From an uncultured Thermomicrobiales bacterium (GTDB lineage Bacteria > Chloroflexota > Chloroflexia > Thermomicrobiales > UBA6265): DNA of 64,000 nucleotides. The translations under genes were made by a program, and so were the position numbers. The stretch covers positions 16,464-80,463 of the forward strand of contig CADCWL010000011.1 of assembly GCA_902806405.1 (NCBI GenBank), read 5' to 3'. The notes below the pieces were generated by a model. The model did not search any database. It was given only the letters and a program-made list of their open reading frames with translations, and had not been told where the DNA came from. Shown piece by piece: positions 54,682-63,295 of this stretch. Within the stretch, counting starts at the first letter, position 1; each line of letters starts with the position of its first letter.

Positions 54682-56217
54682 ATGAACGTTTCCTACGCCA
54701 CCGGGGACCCTCTCGCCGAAGCGGCGGACGCCACGATCGTCCCGGTCGGAACGGTCGACGGCAAGGCCGATCCGGCCCACCTTGCTGCAGTGGATCGAGC
54801 ATTGGCGGGAGAACTGGCGCGCCTCGTCGCGGAAGCGCGCTTCACCGGCTCGCTCGGGTCAACGATGGCAGTGTCTACTCTGGGCCACATGGCGCCGCGG
54901 CGGTTGGTGCTGACCGGGGTAGGCGCCGCGGATGCCGTAGATCGGCGGGCGATCACGCGGGCCTGGGGAGCGGCGGCGGTGGCCGCCCGTGACGCGGGCG
55001 CCTCCGCCATCGTCTCCTCGCCGCCGCCAACCGGCACGGCGCTCACCCCCGATGCGGCGCTCGCCGCCGGCGCCGAGGGCGTTCGGATTGCCCTCTACCG
55101 CTTCGATACGTACCGGGGGGCAGGGCGTGGCGACGGTCCGACCAAGGAAGTCGCATCCTGCCGTTTCATTGGCGGTACGATCCCCGACGGGGAAGCGGCC
55201 CGGGCGTTGATCCTGGCCGAAGCTATCGCCGCCGGCGTCGCCCTCGCTCGGGACCTGGTGAACGAGCCTGCGAACGTGCTGAACCCGGAGGCGATGGCAG
55301 AGCGCGCCCGCCGGGTGGCCGCCGCGTCCAACCTCGAGATCGAGGTCCTCGGCGTCGAAGATCTCGCCGAGATCGGCGCCGGCGCCATCACCGCCGTCGG
55401 CCGCGGGAGCGCGAATGGTCCGCGTCTGATCCGGCTCCGGTATCGCCCGAACGCAGAAGATGCCGAGCCGGTCGCCAACGCCGGCACGGCGGCACGGGTC
55501 GTCGGTCTCGTCGGGAAGTGCATCACCTTCGACACAGGTGGTTACTCGATTAAGACCTACGAGGGCATGCTCGAGATGAAGGGGGACATGGCCGGCGGCG
55601 CGGCCGTCCTCGGTACGATGTCGGCGCTGCGAGCGCTCCGCTGCCCCGTCGCCGTCGATGCCACGATCTGCGCCGCCGAGAACATGATCTCCGGCGAGGC
55701 GTTCCGCCCGGGCGACGTGTTGACCGCAATGAACGGCGTCACAATCGAAGTCCTCTCGACCGACGCCGAGGGGCGGTTAGTCCTGGCCGACGGGCTCGTT
55801 GACGCCGCGCGGCGCGGCGCCACGGAACTGATCGACCTCGCGACGCTGACCGGGGCGGCGGTGGTCGCACTCGGCGAAGGCACGACCGCGCTTTTCGCCT
55901 CTGACGACCCGTTGGCCGACCGCCTTCTCCGAGCGGCGGCACTGACGGGCGAGCGCGCCTGGCGTATGCCGCTGATCGAGGAGCTCAACGAAAAGATCAA
56001 GGGAGACGTCGGCGACATCAAGAACACCGGAGGACGTGGCGGCGGGGCAATCACCGCCGCCCTCTTCCTCCAGCGCTTCTCGGAGGGTTTGCCATGGGCG
56101 CATTTCGACATCGCCGGCTCGGCTCGGAGCGCGAAGGGTGGTCCGGCGGGGCCGAAGGGGGCCACCGGGGTCGGGGTGCGGACCCTGCTGGCCTACCTCA
56201 CCCAGCCCAGCGCTTGA
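54682..56217 (+). CDS. pepA: Leucyl aminopeptidase (M17 family)
   Basis: M17 signatures VGKCITFDTGGYSIK and STDAEGRLVLAD. RBS AAGGAGAG. Confidence 0.9.
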   Translation: MNVSYATGDPLAEAADATIVPVGTVDGKADPAHLAAVDRALAGELARLVAEARFTGSLGSTMAVSTLGHMAPRRLVLTGVGAADAVDRRAITRAWGAAAVAARDAGASAIVSSPPPTGTALTPDAALAAGAEGVRIALYRFDTYRGAGRGDGPTKEVASCRFIGGTIPDGEAARALILAEAIAAGVALARDLVNEPANVLNPEAMAERARRVAAASNLEIEVLGVEDLAEIGAGAITAVGRGSANGPRLIRLRYRPNAEDAEPVANAGTAARVVGLVGKCITFDTGGYSIKTYEGMLEMKGDMAGGAAVLGTMSALRALRCPVAVDATICAAENMISGEAFRPGDVLTAMNGVTIEVLSTDAEGRLVLADGLVDAARRGATELIDLATLTGAAVVALGEGTTALFASDDPLADRLLRAAALTGERAWRMPLIEELNEKIKGDVGDIKNTGGRGGGAITAALFLQRFSEGLPWAHFDIAGSARSAKGGPAGPKGATGVGVRTLLAYLTQPSA

Positions 56218-56224
56218 GCTCCGT

Positions 56225-57115
56225 CTAGAGCTCAGCGGCGAAGATGATGACCGCCGACGGGAGCGTCAGGAGGACGGAGCCGGCGAGGACCGCCCAGAAC
56301 AGCTGCCGTTCCCGCCGGTACCCCACCTGCCAGAAATCGATCAGGATGATCCGGAGGCCGTTCAACGTGTGGTACACCACCGCGCCGACGAGGGCAATTT
56401 CCATCGGGATGATGTACCAGCGGCCGTAGAACTCCACCGACTCGTCGTAGACGTCCCGTCCGAACCCGATCAGCATGATGTCGATGATGTGGACGAGCAG
56501 GAAGAAGAGAACACCGATGCCGGTCGCGCGGTGCAGGACCCAGGCGTATTGGCCCGGGTCGCCCGCGTAGATCGGCGGACCGCCTGCCCGGTAGCTGCGC
56601 AAAACCCAGACGAGCAGGGCAGGGATCGCCAGGTAGGTCACCACCGCGAACGCCACAAGCGACCAGCCGATCGCGGTCGCGATCCAGAACTGGTCGGCGA
56701 GCGGGCCGGTATTGTCCCGCGCGGCCGCCTCGTCGAAGGTAAAGATCGTGATCGTCCCCAAGGCCGTGAAGACGAAACCGATTGTCCAGATCGAGGCGTG
56801 CCCGACAATGCGCCAACCGGGACGGCGGAGGTAATCCGTGACCGAGTACCGGAGCCCGAGGACGCCGTGCCACAGGGACGACATCAGCAGCAGCCAGTCG
56901 AAGGTGCGCCAGAGCGGGTTCGCCCAGCGGTTCGCGACGAAGTCGAACACGGTCTCCGTCGGCACGTTGATGTAGTGCGTGATGAAGAGGTGGACGCCCG
57001 CGAGTACCACCAGGAGAACGCCGGAGACGCGCAGGAACAGCCAGACCAGGCGGTCCGCGCCGGGGATTGTGAACCCGGATGCGCCGCTCATTCGGCCGGG
57101 CGAGATGACCGCCAT
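56225..57115 (-). CDS. Fused SdhD-like + SdhC-like membrane protein (succinate dehydrogenase/fumarate reductase haem-b anchor family)
   Basis: The first half carries LRVSGVLLV and WHGVLGLRYSVTDY, the SdhD pattern. The second half carries HRATGIGVLFFLLVH and YHTLNGLRIILIDF, the SdhC pattern. About 6 TM helices. ATG 57115 lies 8 nt after GGGGAGGGAGAA. Confidence 0.65.
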   Translation of the reverse strand: MAVISPGRMSGASGFTIPGADRLVWLFLRVSGVLLVVLAGVHLFITHYINVPTETVFDFVANRWANPLWRTFDWLLLMSSLWHGVLGLRYSVTDYLRRPGWRIVGHASIWTIGFVFTALGTITIFTFDEAAARDNTGPLADQFWIATAIGWSLVAFAVVTYLAIPALLVWVLRSYRAGGPPIYAGDPGQYAWVLHRATGIGVLFFLLVHIIDIMLIGFGRDVYDESVEFYGRWYIIPMEIALVGAVVYHTLNGLRIILIDFWQVGYRRERQLFWAVLAGSVLLTLPSAVIIFAAEL

Positions 57116-57283
57116 CGTTGCCGTTCTCCCTCCCCGAGCACTGCTGAGGGCCGGTTTCGATCGGGCGCTGCCCGCCGACCTCGTGACGGCATTGTAAGCG
57201 CTTGCGACCGGGGCCGGGCCACGGCCGAGGCTACGTCGCCCGTGAGCGGCTGCCGAACCGGCTCGTCGGAACGACGCACTCTC

Positions 57284-57337
57284 AAAAACGGGCCGGGGCA
57301 TCACCGAGGGATGGCGTGGCAATGTGCCTCCCGCCCG
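57284..57337 (-). terminator. Intrinsic-terminator-like hairpin downstream of moaC
   Basis: On the minus strand, CGGGCGGGAGGCACA pairs 10/12 with TGCCCCGGCCCG around a 22-nt loop, followed by TTTTT. Confidence 0.45.
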
Positions 57338-57433
57338 AGAGATCATGCGCCCCGGTCGCCAGGGCGGCACGGCCCACCCGATCGGGTTCGTGATCCGGTC
57401 GCGGGAGAATCGACGAGAACCGTCGTGACGACG

Positions 57434-57970
57434 CTATCGGAGATCGGCCTTAGGTGCCGCCTGGTCGCGCAGCCACGCGCCGGACCGCCCGCCCACCTTC
57501 TCCTCCAGCCGGATCGCCTCAATCGTCATCTCGCGGTCGACCGCTTTGACCATGTCGTAGATGGTCAGCGCGGCAGCGCTGACGGCGGTCAAAGCCTCCA
57601 TCTCGACGCCCGTCTGACCGCGGGTCTCGACCAGCGCCGTGATCGCGATCGAGGCCGACTCGAGCTCGAATCCCGCCTCGATCTTTGTCAGCAGCAGGGG
57701 ATGGCACATCGGAATGAGCTCGTGGGTCCGCTTGGCCGCCATGATCGCGGCCACCTGCGCCACCGCCAGCACGTCCCCTTTCGCCGCCCGGCCATGGCGG
57801 ATAATCGCCACCGTCTCCGGGCGCATGGTCACCCGACCGGACGCTACGGCAACCCGTCGAGTAGCCTCCTTGTCCCCGACGTCCACCATCCGGGCGTTTC
57901 CCTGCCCGTCGAAGTGGGTCAACTCGCGGCCCACCGCGGCCTCCGCCGGAATCTCCTCATGATCCGCCAT
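57434..57970 (-). CDS. moaC: Cyclic pyranopterin monophosphate synthase MoaC
   Basis: MoaC signatures [17 protein letters not shown] and GVEMEALTA. Confidence 0.9.
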   Translation of the reverse strand: MADHEEIPAEAAVGRELTHFDGQGNARMVDVGDKEATRRVAVASGRVTMRPETVAIIRHGRAAKGDVLAVAQVAAIMAAKRTHELIPMCHPLLLTKIEAGFELESASIAITALVETRGQTGVEMEALTAVSAAALTIYDMVKAVDREMTIEAIRLEEKVGGRSGAWLRDQAAPKADLR

Positions 57971-58053
57971 CGTCGCCCCCGTTCTCCCTTAACCTCGTCG
58001 CAAAGCTAACCTCAACTCTCGGATAGTACTGGAGACCGGTCAAGCGAAGCGGC

Positions 58054-58565
58054 ATGGCGGCGCTCGTGCTCGTCAAGCACTCGCTGCCACAGATCGATCC
58101 GGCAAGTGGGCCCAACACGTGGTCGCTCAGCGATACGGGCCGTGAGCGATGCCGTCGACTGGCGGAGCTGCTCGCGCACTACGCCCCCGCGACCCTCGTA
58201 TCCAACCCCGAGCGAAAGGCATGGGAAACCGCCGCCGTCCTCGCCGACGGACTCGGCAGCGGGGCTCCCTCCGCCACGATCGCCACGAGCACGGGCGCGA
58301 TTCGCTCGGGTGGCTTGAGGACGAGGCGTTCGACAGCGTCCGGTCACGCTTCGCCGCCTTGATCCAGGACCTCGGAGGACGGAGCGCGCATGGGAACCTG
58401 TCCATCATCGCGCACGGAACGGTGATCAGCGCGTTTGCCGCTCCCCGCTTCGGTCCGACCCTTCCGGCACTGTGGCGGCGCCTCGGGCTCCCACCCTTCG
58501 TCGCCCTCTCCGTCCCTAACTTGGTTCCCTTGGCTGCGGTGAGGGAGATCGACGAAGGCAGTTAG
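58054..58565 (+). pseudogene. Histidine phosphatase family gene interrupted by a single-base frameshift (or a sequencing error at a G-run)
   Basis: The N-terminal part (LVLVKHSLPQIDP...WSLSDTGRERCRRLAELL...) reads in the frame of 58054. The C-terminal part (LRHDRHEHGRDSLGWLEDEAF...GNLSIIAHGTVISAF) reads in the frame of ORF 58149..58565. Adding one G to the GGGG run at 58261-58264 joins them as ...GLGSGGSLRHDRHEH.... Confidence 0.55.
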
Positions 58566-59404
58566 ATCGGGGTGGACGCCGACCAACCGGCGGCGGCCCG
58601 GGCAAACCACCGACCGCCAGCGGCCTCGACCCGCACCTTTAAGCCAAAGCAGGCGGAAATCGTGGCCGACGAGAGTGCTTCGGCCACCGGTCCGGCGGCC
58701 ACGACCCCTCCGTCCCGGAGGAGCATGGCGTGCGTCGTCGACGCTGGCAGCTCCTCCAGATGGTGCGTGACCAGGACAGAGGCGAGACTGGGACGGGCGC
58801 CGTCGAGCGCGCCGAGCGCGGCGAGCAACGCCTCCCGCGCGGTCAGATCGAGCCCGGTGGCCGGCTCGTCGAGCAGCAGCAAGTCCGGCTCCGCCACCAG
58901 CGCCCTGGCGATACGCACCCGCTGCCGCTCCCCCTGGGAACAGTCCGCAATCCGCCGCGCCGACATCCCGGCGCAGCCCACGAGCGACAGCATCTCGCGC
59001 GCCCGATTGAAGTCGTTGGCTCCGTAACGCCCGGGAAGAGGCCGGATCGTCGCCGTCACGCCGGTCAACACCACCTCTTCCGCGCTCAACCAGTTGAGCA
59101 AAGGCAACCTCGGATCTACGACGCCGATCCTGCGCCTCAGGTCCGGCATGTCCACCCGACCGAGGCGACCCCCGAGGACGGTTACCGCGCCGTCGCTCGG
59201 ATGACGGACGGCGCCGGCTAGAGAAAGGAGCGTGCTCTTACCGGCCCCGTTCGGCCCTAGCAAGGCCCACCGCTCACCGGCGCCGACGGTCCAGGAAACG
59301 TCCCGCAGGATGTCAACTCCCTCGGGCGTCCAGACGCGGACTCGGTCCATCACGATCGCCGCGGCCTTCGCTGGCGCCGTCTCGCCGTCTTGGCGCATGG
59401 ACAT
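58562..59404 (-). CDS. ABC transporter ATP-binding protein (single domain, no adjacent permease)
   Basis: Walker A GPNGAGKST, a Q-loop, a degenerate signature CSQGERQR, and Walker B LLLLDEP. The start is ATG 59404, 11 nt after the upstream stop, or ATG 59350. Confidence 0.8.
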   Translation of the reverse strand: MSMRQDGETAPAKAAAIVMDRVRVWTPEGVDILRDVSWTVGAGERWALLGPNGAGKSTLLSLAGAVRHPSDGAVTVLGGRLGRVDMPDLRRRIGVVDPRLPLLNWLSAEEVVLTGVTATIRPLPGRYGANDFNRAREMLSLVGCAGMSARRIADCSQGERQRVRIARALVAEPDLLLLDEPATGLDLTAREALLAALGALDGARPSLASVLVTHHLEELPASTTHAMLLRDGGVVAAGPVAEALSSATISACFGLKVRVEAAGGRWFARAAAGWSASTPI

Positions 59405-59415
59405 GGGGATGTCCG

Positions 59416-60285
59416 TCACTCCGCGAGCCGCACGACCGGGTTGCGCAGCGTGCCCACGCCGTCGATCGTGATTTCGACGTCGTCGCCGTCCTCGAGCGTG
59501 AACTCCGGTGGGGGGATAATCCCGGTTCCGGTCATCAGGACGACGCCGGCGGGAAAGGAGTTGTGGCGCCGCAGGTAACGGACAAGCTCGGCGAAGGGGC
59601 GGTGAATCTCCCTCGTCGCCGTCTCCCCCTCGAAGAGGACGACACCGCCGCGGCGGATGGTGAGCCGGATCGCGAGGTTGCCGACGTCCCCAATCTCCCA
59701 CGCCAGCGCGATCGTTGGACCGAGCGCCGCGGCCGCGGTGTAGACCTTGGCCTGAGGCAGGTAGAGCGGGTTCTCGCCCTCGATCGAGCGCGACGAGACG
59801 TCGTTCCCGACCGTGTAGCCGACCGTCTCCCCGTCCCGGTTGAGCACGAGAGCAAGCTCCGGCTCCGGCACGTCCCAGGTGGAGTCGGCTCGGATTGCGA
59901 CCGGCACGCCTGGCCCGGAGACGCGGTCGGGCGTGGCCTTCAGGAAGATCTCAGGGCGGGACGCGTCGTAGACGCGATCGTAAACATCCTTCTGCGTCGA
60001 CTCCTCCATCCGGGCGTCACGGGAGCGACGGTACGTCACCCCGGCCGCCCAGACCTCCTGGCGGTCGAGGGGCGCCGCGAGCCGAACCCCGGCAAGGGGG
60101 ATGATCGCCGCGTCGGTCCGGACCGCATCAAGGCGGGCTCGCAACTCCGGGAGCGGCATCGCGAGCGCAGCGGCGAGCGTCGTCGGCCCCCCGGCCGCCG
60201 GGACGTCGACGACGCCTGTACCATCCACGGTAAGGCCCAGACGTGCTTCGTTCCCGGTTTCGGCCCGGTACAAGCAGAGCGGCAC
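59416..60285 (-). CDS. Fumarylacetoacetate hydrolase (FAH) family protein, 2-keto-3-deoxy-sugar-acid dehydratase-like
   Basis: FAH-fold C-terminal domain ([27 protein letters not shown]...VVLMTGTGI). I trimmed the start to GTG 60285, 6 nt after GGAAGGAG. Confidence 0.8.
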   Translation of the reverse strand: MPLCLYRAETGNEARLGLTVDGTGVVDVPAAGGPTTLAAALAMPLPELRARLDAVRTDAAIIPLAGVRLAAPLDRQEVWAAGVTYRRSRDARMEESTQKDVYDRVYDASRPEIFLKATPDRVSGPGVPVAIRADSTWDVPEPELALVLNRDGETVGYTVGNDVSSRSIEGENPLYLPQAKVYTAAAALGPTIALAWEIGDVGNLAIRLTIRRGGVVLFEGETATREIHRPFAELVRYLRRHNSFPAGVVLMTGTGIIPPPEFTLEDGDDVEITIDGVGTLRNPVVRLAE

Positions 60286-60561
60286 GGCGTGCTCCTTCCG
60301 CGGCGGTGGAGCGGTCGTGCACCTGCATGGCGCAGGTGTTCGAACCCTCCGAAGAGACCCGGATGGTAAAAGAGGCCCTGCCGGCTGCCAAGAGGGCGCG
60401 GCAGACCGCCCCGCCACCGATCCACCCCGCCAACATTCGCAAGTTGGAGGGTTCAGTGCAGCGGACCGTCGCGAACGGCCGAGAGGAGACCGGTAGCCAG
60501 CGATCGGAGGGGACGGACAGGGCTGCGACCTGGTGCGACACCGCCGCAATCTCGGAATCCG

Positions 60562-60801
60562 TTACTCGGCCCGTGCCTCGGCGACGAGGTCGAGGTCGAC
60601 CCCGGCGTCGGCGAGCGATTCGCGGAAGCGGCGGACGAGCGTCAACTCGCGCTCGTTCAGCTCGTACCCGTGCGCCACCAGCGCGGCGTCCAGATCGTCG
60701 CGCGCCTGCGCTCTGAACGACGGGTCGCTCATCGCCTGCTCGGCGAGACGGCGCAACACTTCAACGCGCACCTCGTCCGGTACCACCATCGAATCGTCCA
60801 T
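60562..60801 (-). CDS. Small helical protein, function unknown (79 aa)
   Basis: ATG 60801. Third-position GC is high. The sequence is ...VLRRLAEQAMSDPSFRAQARDDLDAALVAHGYELNERELTLVRRF.... The RBS is weak. Confidence 0.45.
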   Translation of the reverse strand: MDDSMVVPDEVRVEVLRRLAEQAMSDPSFRAQARDDLDAALVAHGYELNERELTLVRRFRESLADAGVDLDLVAEARAE

Positions 60802-60975
60802 CGGATCCTGTCTGCCACCTTTGCGTGCCGCTCGCGTCGACCCCGATTCGCGCATTGTGCGTGCCACGCTCCGCAATGGATCGGAGACGCACGCGAAGGA
60901 CGCCACCTCCGCGAAGCTCGGCGAGCGGGTAGGATGTCGGCTCAAAGGGGGCTGGTTTCGCATCCGGAGGAGACG

Positions 60976-62067
60976 GTGAACACTGATCTCGCGACGCCCA
61001 TCCGCCTCCGTCCAAGACTCGACCCGAAGCCGTGGGGCGGACAGAAGCTGCGGCGGTTCGACCCGTCGCGAACCGGCGGGGTGCCGATCGGCGAGGCGGT
61101 CGCCACCGCGGCCGAGTCCGTAGCGACGGAGGGCGCCCTCGCGGGGACGACCCTGGCCGAACTGGTGCGGATGGACCCGGGCGGCCTCATCGGCAAGCGC
61201 GGCCTAGCCGCCACCCGTGGGCGACCGCTCTTTCCGCTCCTCGCGAAACTGATCGACGCCGCCGAAAACCTCTCGATCCAGGTCCATCCCGACGACGCCG
61301 CGGCGGCACCGCTCGATCGCCTCGGCAAGACCGAGGCGTACCACGTCCTTGAGGCGGCGCCGGGCGCCGTGATCGGCCTCGGACTGCGCGACGGCGTGAC
61401 GGTTGAGGAGTTCATCGCCGGCTGCCGCTCAGGATCGGGCGCAGCGACGACGTTGGTGCGCTGGGTTGCGGCGGTGCCGGGCACCACGTTCCTGATCCCC
61501 GCCGGCACGGTACACGCCCTCGGCGGCGGCTGCCTCGTGTACGAAATCCAGCAGCCGTCCGACGTCACCTACCGCTTCGACGACGGGGGGCGCGTCGACG
61601 CCGACGGAAAGCCCCGTGCACTCCACGTCGACCAAGGCGCGGCGGTGCTCCGTCCGGGCTACCGGCCGGAGCCGATTTCCCCGATCCGTCTCCGCGGCGA
61701 TGTCGGTCGTCGCGATCTGCTCGCCGCCTGCGACGTCTTCGGCTTGGAGCGGATCGGACTGGAGGCGGGCGCCGCGGTCGCGGTCGTTTCCGTCGACGGC
61801 CCCCAGGTGATCACCTGCCTCGAAGGGACCGTCGACGTTGCAACAGGCGATGGGAGCGTGACGATCGGAGCCGGCTGGACGGCGGTCACGGGAGCGTCGT
61901 TGGAGACGACCATCCGCGCCGTTGCCCCGGCCGTTCTCCTCCGAGCCTGGGTTCCCGACCTGGAGCGGGATGTGGTCCTGCCGGCCCGCACCGCTGGCGC
62001 GGAGCTCGCCACCGTCGCCGCGCTCTCCGGACCGCTGCCCGACCTCGCCCGTATTCTCGGACGGTGA
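60976..62067 (+). CDS. manA: Class I mannose-6-phosphate isomerase (cupin)
   Basis: Motifs PKPWGG, LSIQVHPDD, GKTEAYHVL and GTVHALGGG. The start is GTG 60976 (after GGAGGAG) or ATG 60934. Confidence 0.75.
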   Translation: MNTDLATPIRLRPRLDPKPWGGQKLRRFDPSRTGGVPIGEAVATAAESVATEGALAGTTLAELVRMDPGGLIGKRGLAATRGRPLFPLLAKLIDAAENLSIQVHPDDAAAAPLDRLGKTEAYHVLEAAPGAVIGLGLRDGVTVEEFIAGCRSGSGAATTLVRWVAAVPGTTFLIPAGTVHALGGGCLVYEIQQPSDVTYRFDDGGRVDADGKPRALHVDQGAAVLRPGYRPEPISPIRLRGDVGRRDLLAACDVFGLERIGLEAGAAVAVVSVDGPQVITCLEGTVDVATGDGSVTIGAGWTAVTGASLETTIRAVAPAVLLRAWVPDLERDVVLPARTAGAELATVAALSGPLPDLARILGR

Positions 62068-62307
62068 ACCCGCTCCGGGCGGCTACGGCAGGGATGGTGG
62101 CAAAGGAGAGCGGTGCCGGGCCCCGCGTGCCGGCCGGCGGGCTCAGGCCGCTGGCCAGACGACGACCCTCTTGCCGAGGCCGTCGGTCCATGATTCGGTA
62201 GGTGGTGTGTTATCATTCCGACTCGCGGGTGCGAATCGTACCCGCCTTCGTGTTGCGTGCCGATTGGGCTCGGAAGTCCGACCCGATGCTGGAAGACGAG
62301 ACGATCG

Positions 62308-62832
62308 ATGACCGATCCCCAGGACCGACCGGAGGCCGAATCGACGAGCCGAGTCCCCGGCGACGAGCTGGCTGGCGACGCACCGGCCCCGCTTCCCACC
62401 CCCGTCGCCACGACCGCCGAGGCCGTTCCGGTCGTGCTCGGGGAAGCAGCGGCACCGTCTGCCCCGGTGGCAGTCTCCGCTCGGCGGGCGCCGCGAGCCA
62501 GGCAGCTTTCGCTGGCGTCGCCGTACGCCATCATCGAGACCGGCGGCAAGCAGTACCGCGTTAGCGTCGGCGACACCGTCGCCGTGGAGAAGCTTCCCCA
62601 CGACGCTGGCGGAGACGTGACGATCGATCGCGTGCTCCTCCTTGGGGGAGATGGCGCAACCCGCGTCGGAACGCCGACGGTCGCCGGTGCCAGGGTGACG
62701 GCCCGGGTGGACGACCACTACCGTGGCGAAAAGATCGTCGTTTTTAAGTACAAGGCGAAGAAGCGGTACCGCCGGCGGACGGGCCACCGGCAGTCCTTGA
62801 CGCGATTGACGATCACCGGTATCGCCGGCTAG
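62308..62832 (+). CDS. rplU: 50S ribosomal protein L21 with long N-terminal extension
   Basis: The core YAIIETGGKQYRVSVGDTVAVEKL...FKYKAKKRYRRRTGHRQ is L21. No ATG or GTG lies close to the core. The nearest supported start, ATG 62308, adds about 70 residues of Ala/Pro-rich sequence. Confidence 0.75.
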   Translation: MTDPQDRPEAESTSRVPGDELAGDAPAPLPTPVATTAEAVPVVLGEAAAPSAPVAVSARRAPRARQLSLASPYAIIETGGKQYRVSVGDTVAVEKLPHDAGGDVTIDRVLLLGGDGATRVGTPTVAGARVTARVDDHYRGEKIVVFKYKAKKRYRRRTGHRQSLTRLTITGIAG

Positions 62833-62872
62833 CAGTTGAGGCGTCTCCGCCAACGGAGAGAGGAGCGGGTCA

Positions 62873-63202
62873 ATGGCCCACAAAAAGGGAGTCGGCAGCT
62901 CCCGCAACGGGCGCGATAGCGAGTCGAAGCGGTTGGGCGTGAAGCGCGCAGATGGGCAGATCGTCCGCGCAGGTACGATCGTGGTCCGTCAACGGGGCAC
63001 CGAGTTCTGGGTCGGCAACAACGTTGGGATTGGCAAAGATCACACGATCTATTCAAAGATCGATGGGGTGGTTCGCTTCGAGCCGGTCAGTCGGCTGAAG
63101 CGGCGGATCAGCGTTTACCCGGCCCACGTCTACCCGGTCGGCGGCGCCCGCGAGCTGCTGCAATCCCCCACGGCCGCCGTCCCGGCGATCGCGGCGGACT
63201 AG
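62873..63202 (+). CDS. rpmA: 50S ribosomal protein L27
   Basis: [25 protein letters not shown]... is the canonical L27 N-terminus. The protein carries about 24 extra C-terminal residues. Confidence 0.9.
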   Translation: MAHKKGVGSSRNGRDSESKRLGVKRADGQIVRAGTIVVRQRGTEFWVGNNVGIGKDHTIYSKIDGVVRFEPVSRLKRRISVYPAHVYPVGGARELLQSPTAAVPAIAAD

Positions 63203-63295
63203 CGGGCGCGGCATCGAACACACGCTGCGCAGGATAACTTGCAACGGCCGGGGCATCATCGGCTTCGGCAGGAATCAACGGAGCACCGAGAAACC

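Noticed and set aside
60336-60350. A tRNA T-loop-like GGTGTTCGAACCC. A similar GTTCGA lies inside cysK at about 44524.
   Set aside because: The flanking sequence cannot form a 5-bp T-stem, acceptor stem or D-arm. I found no cloverleaf anywhere in the window.
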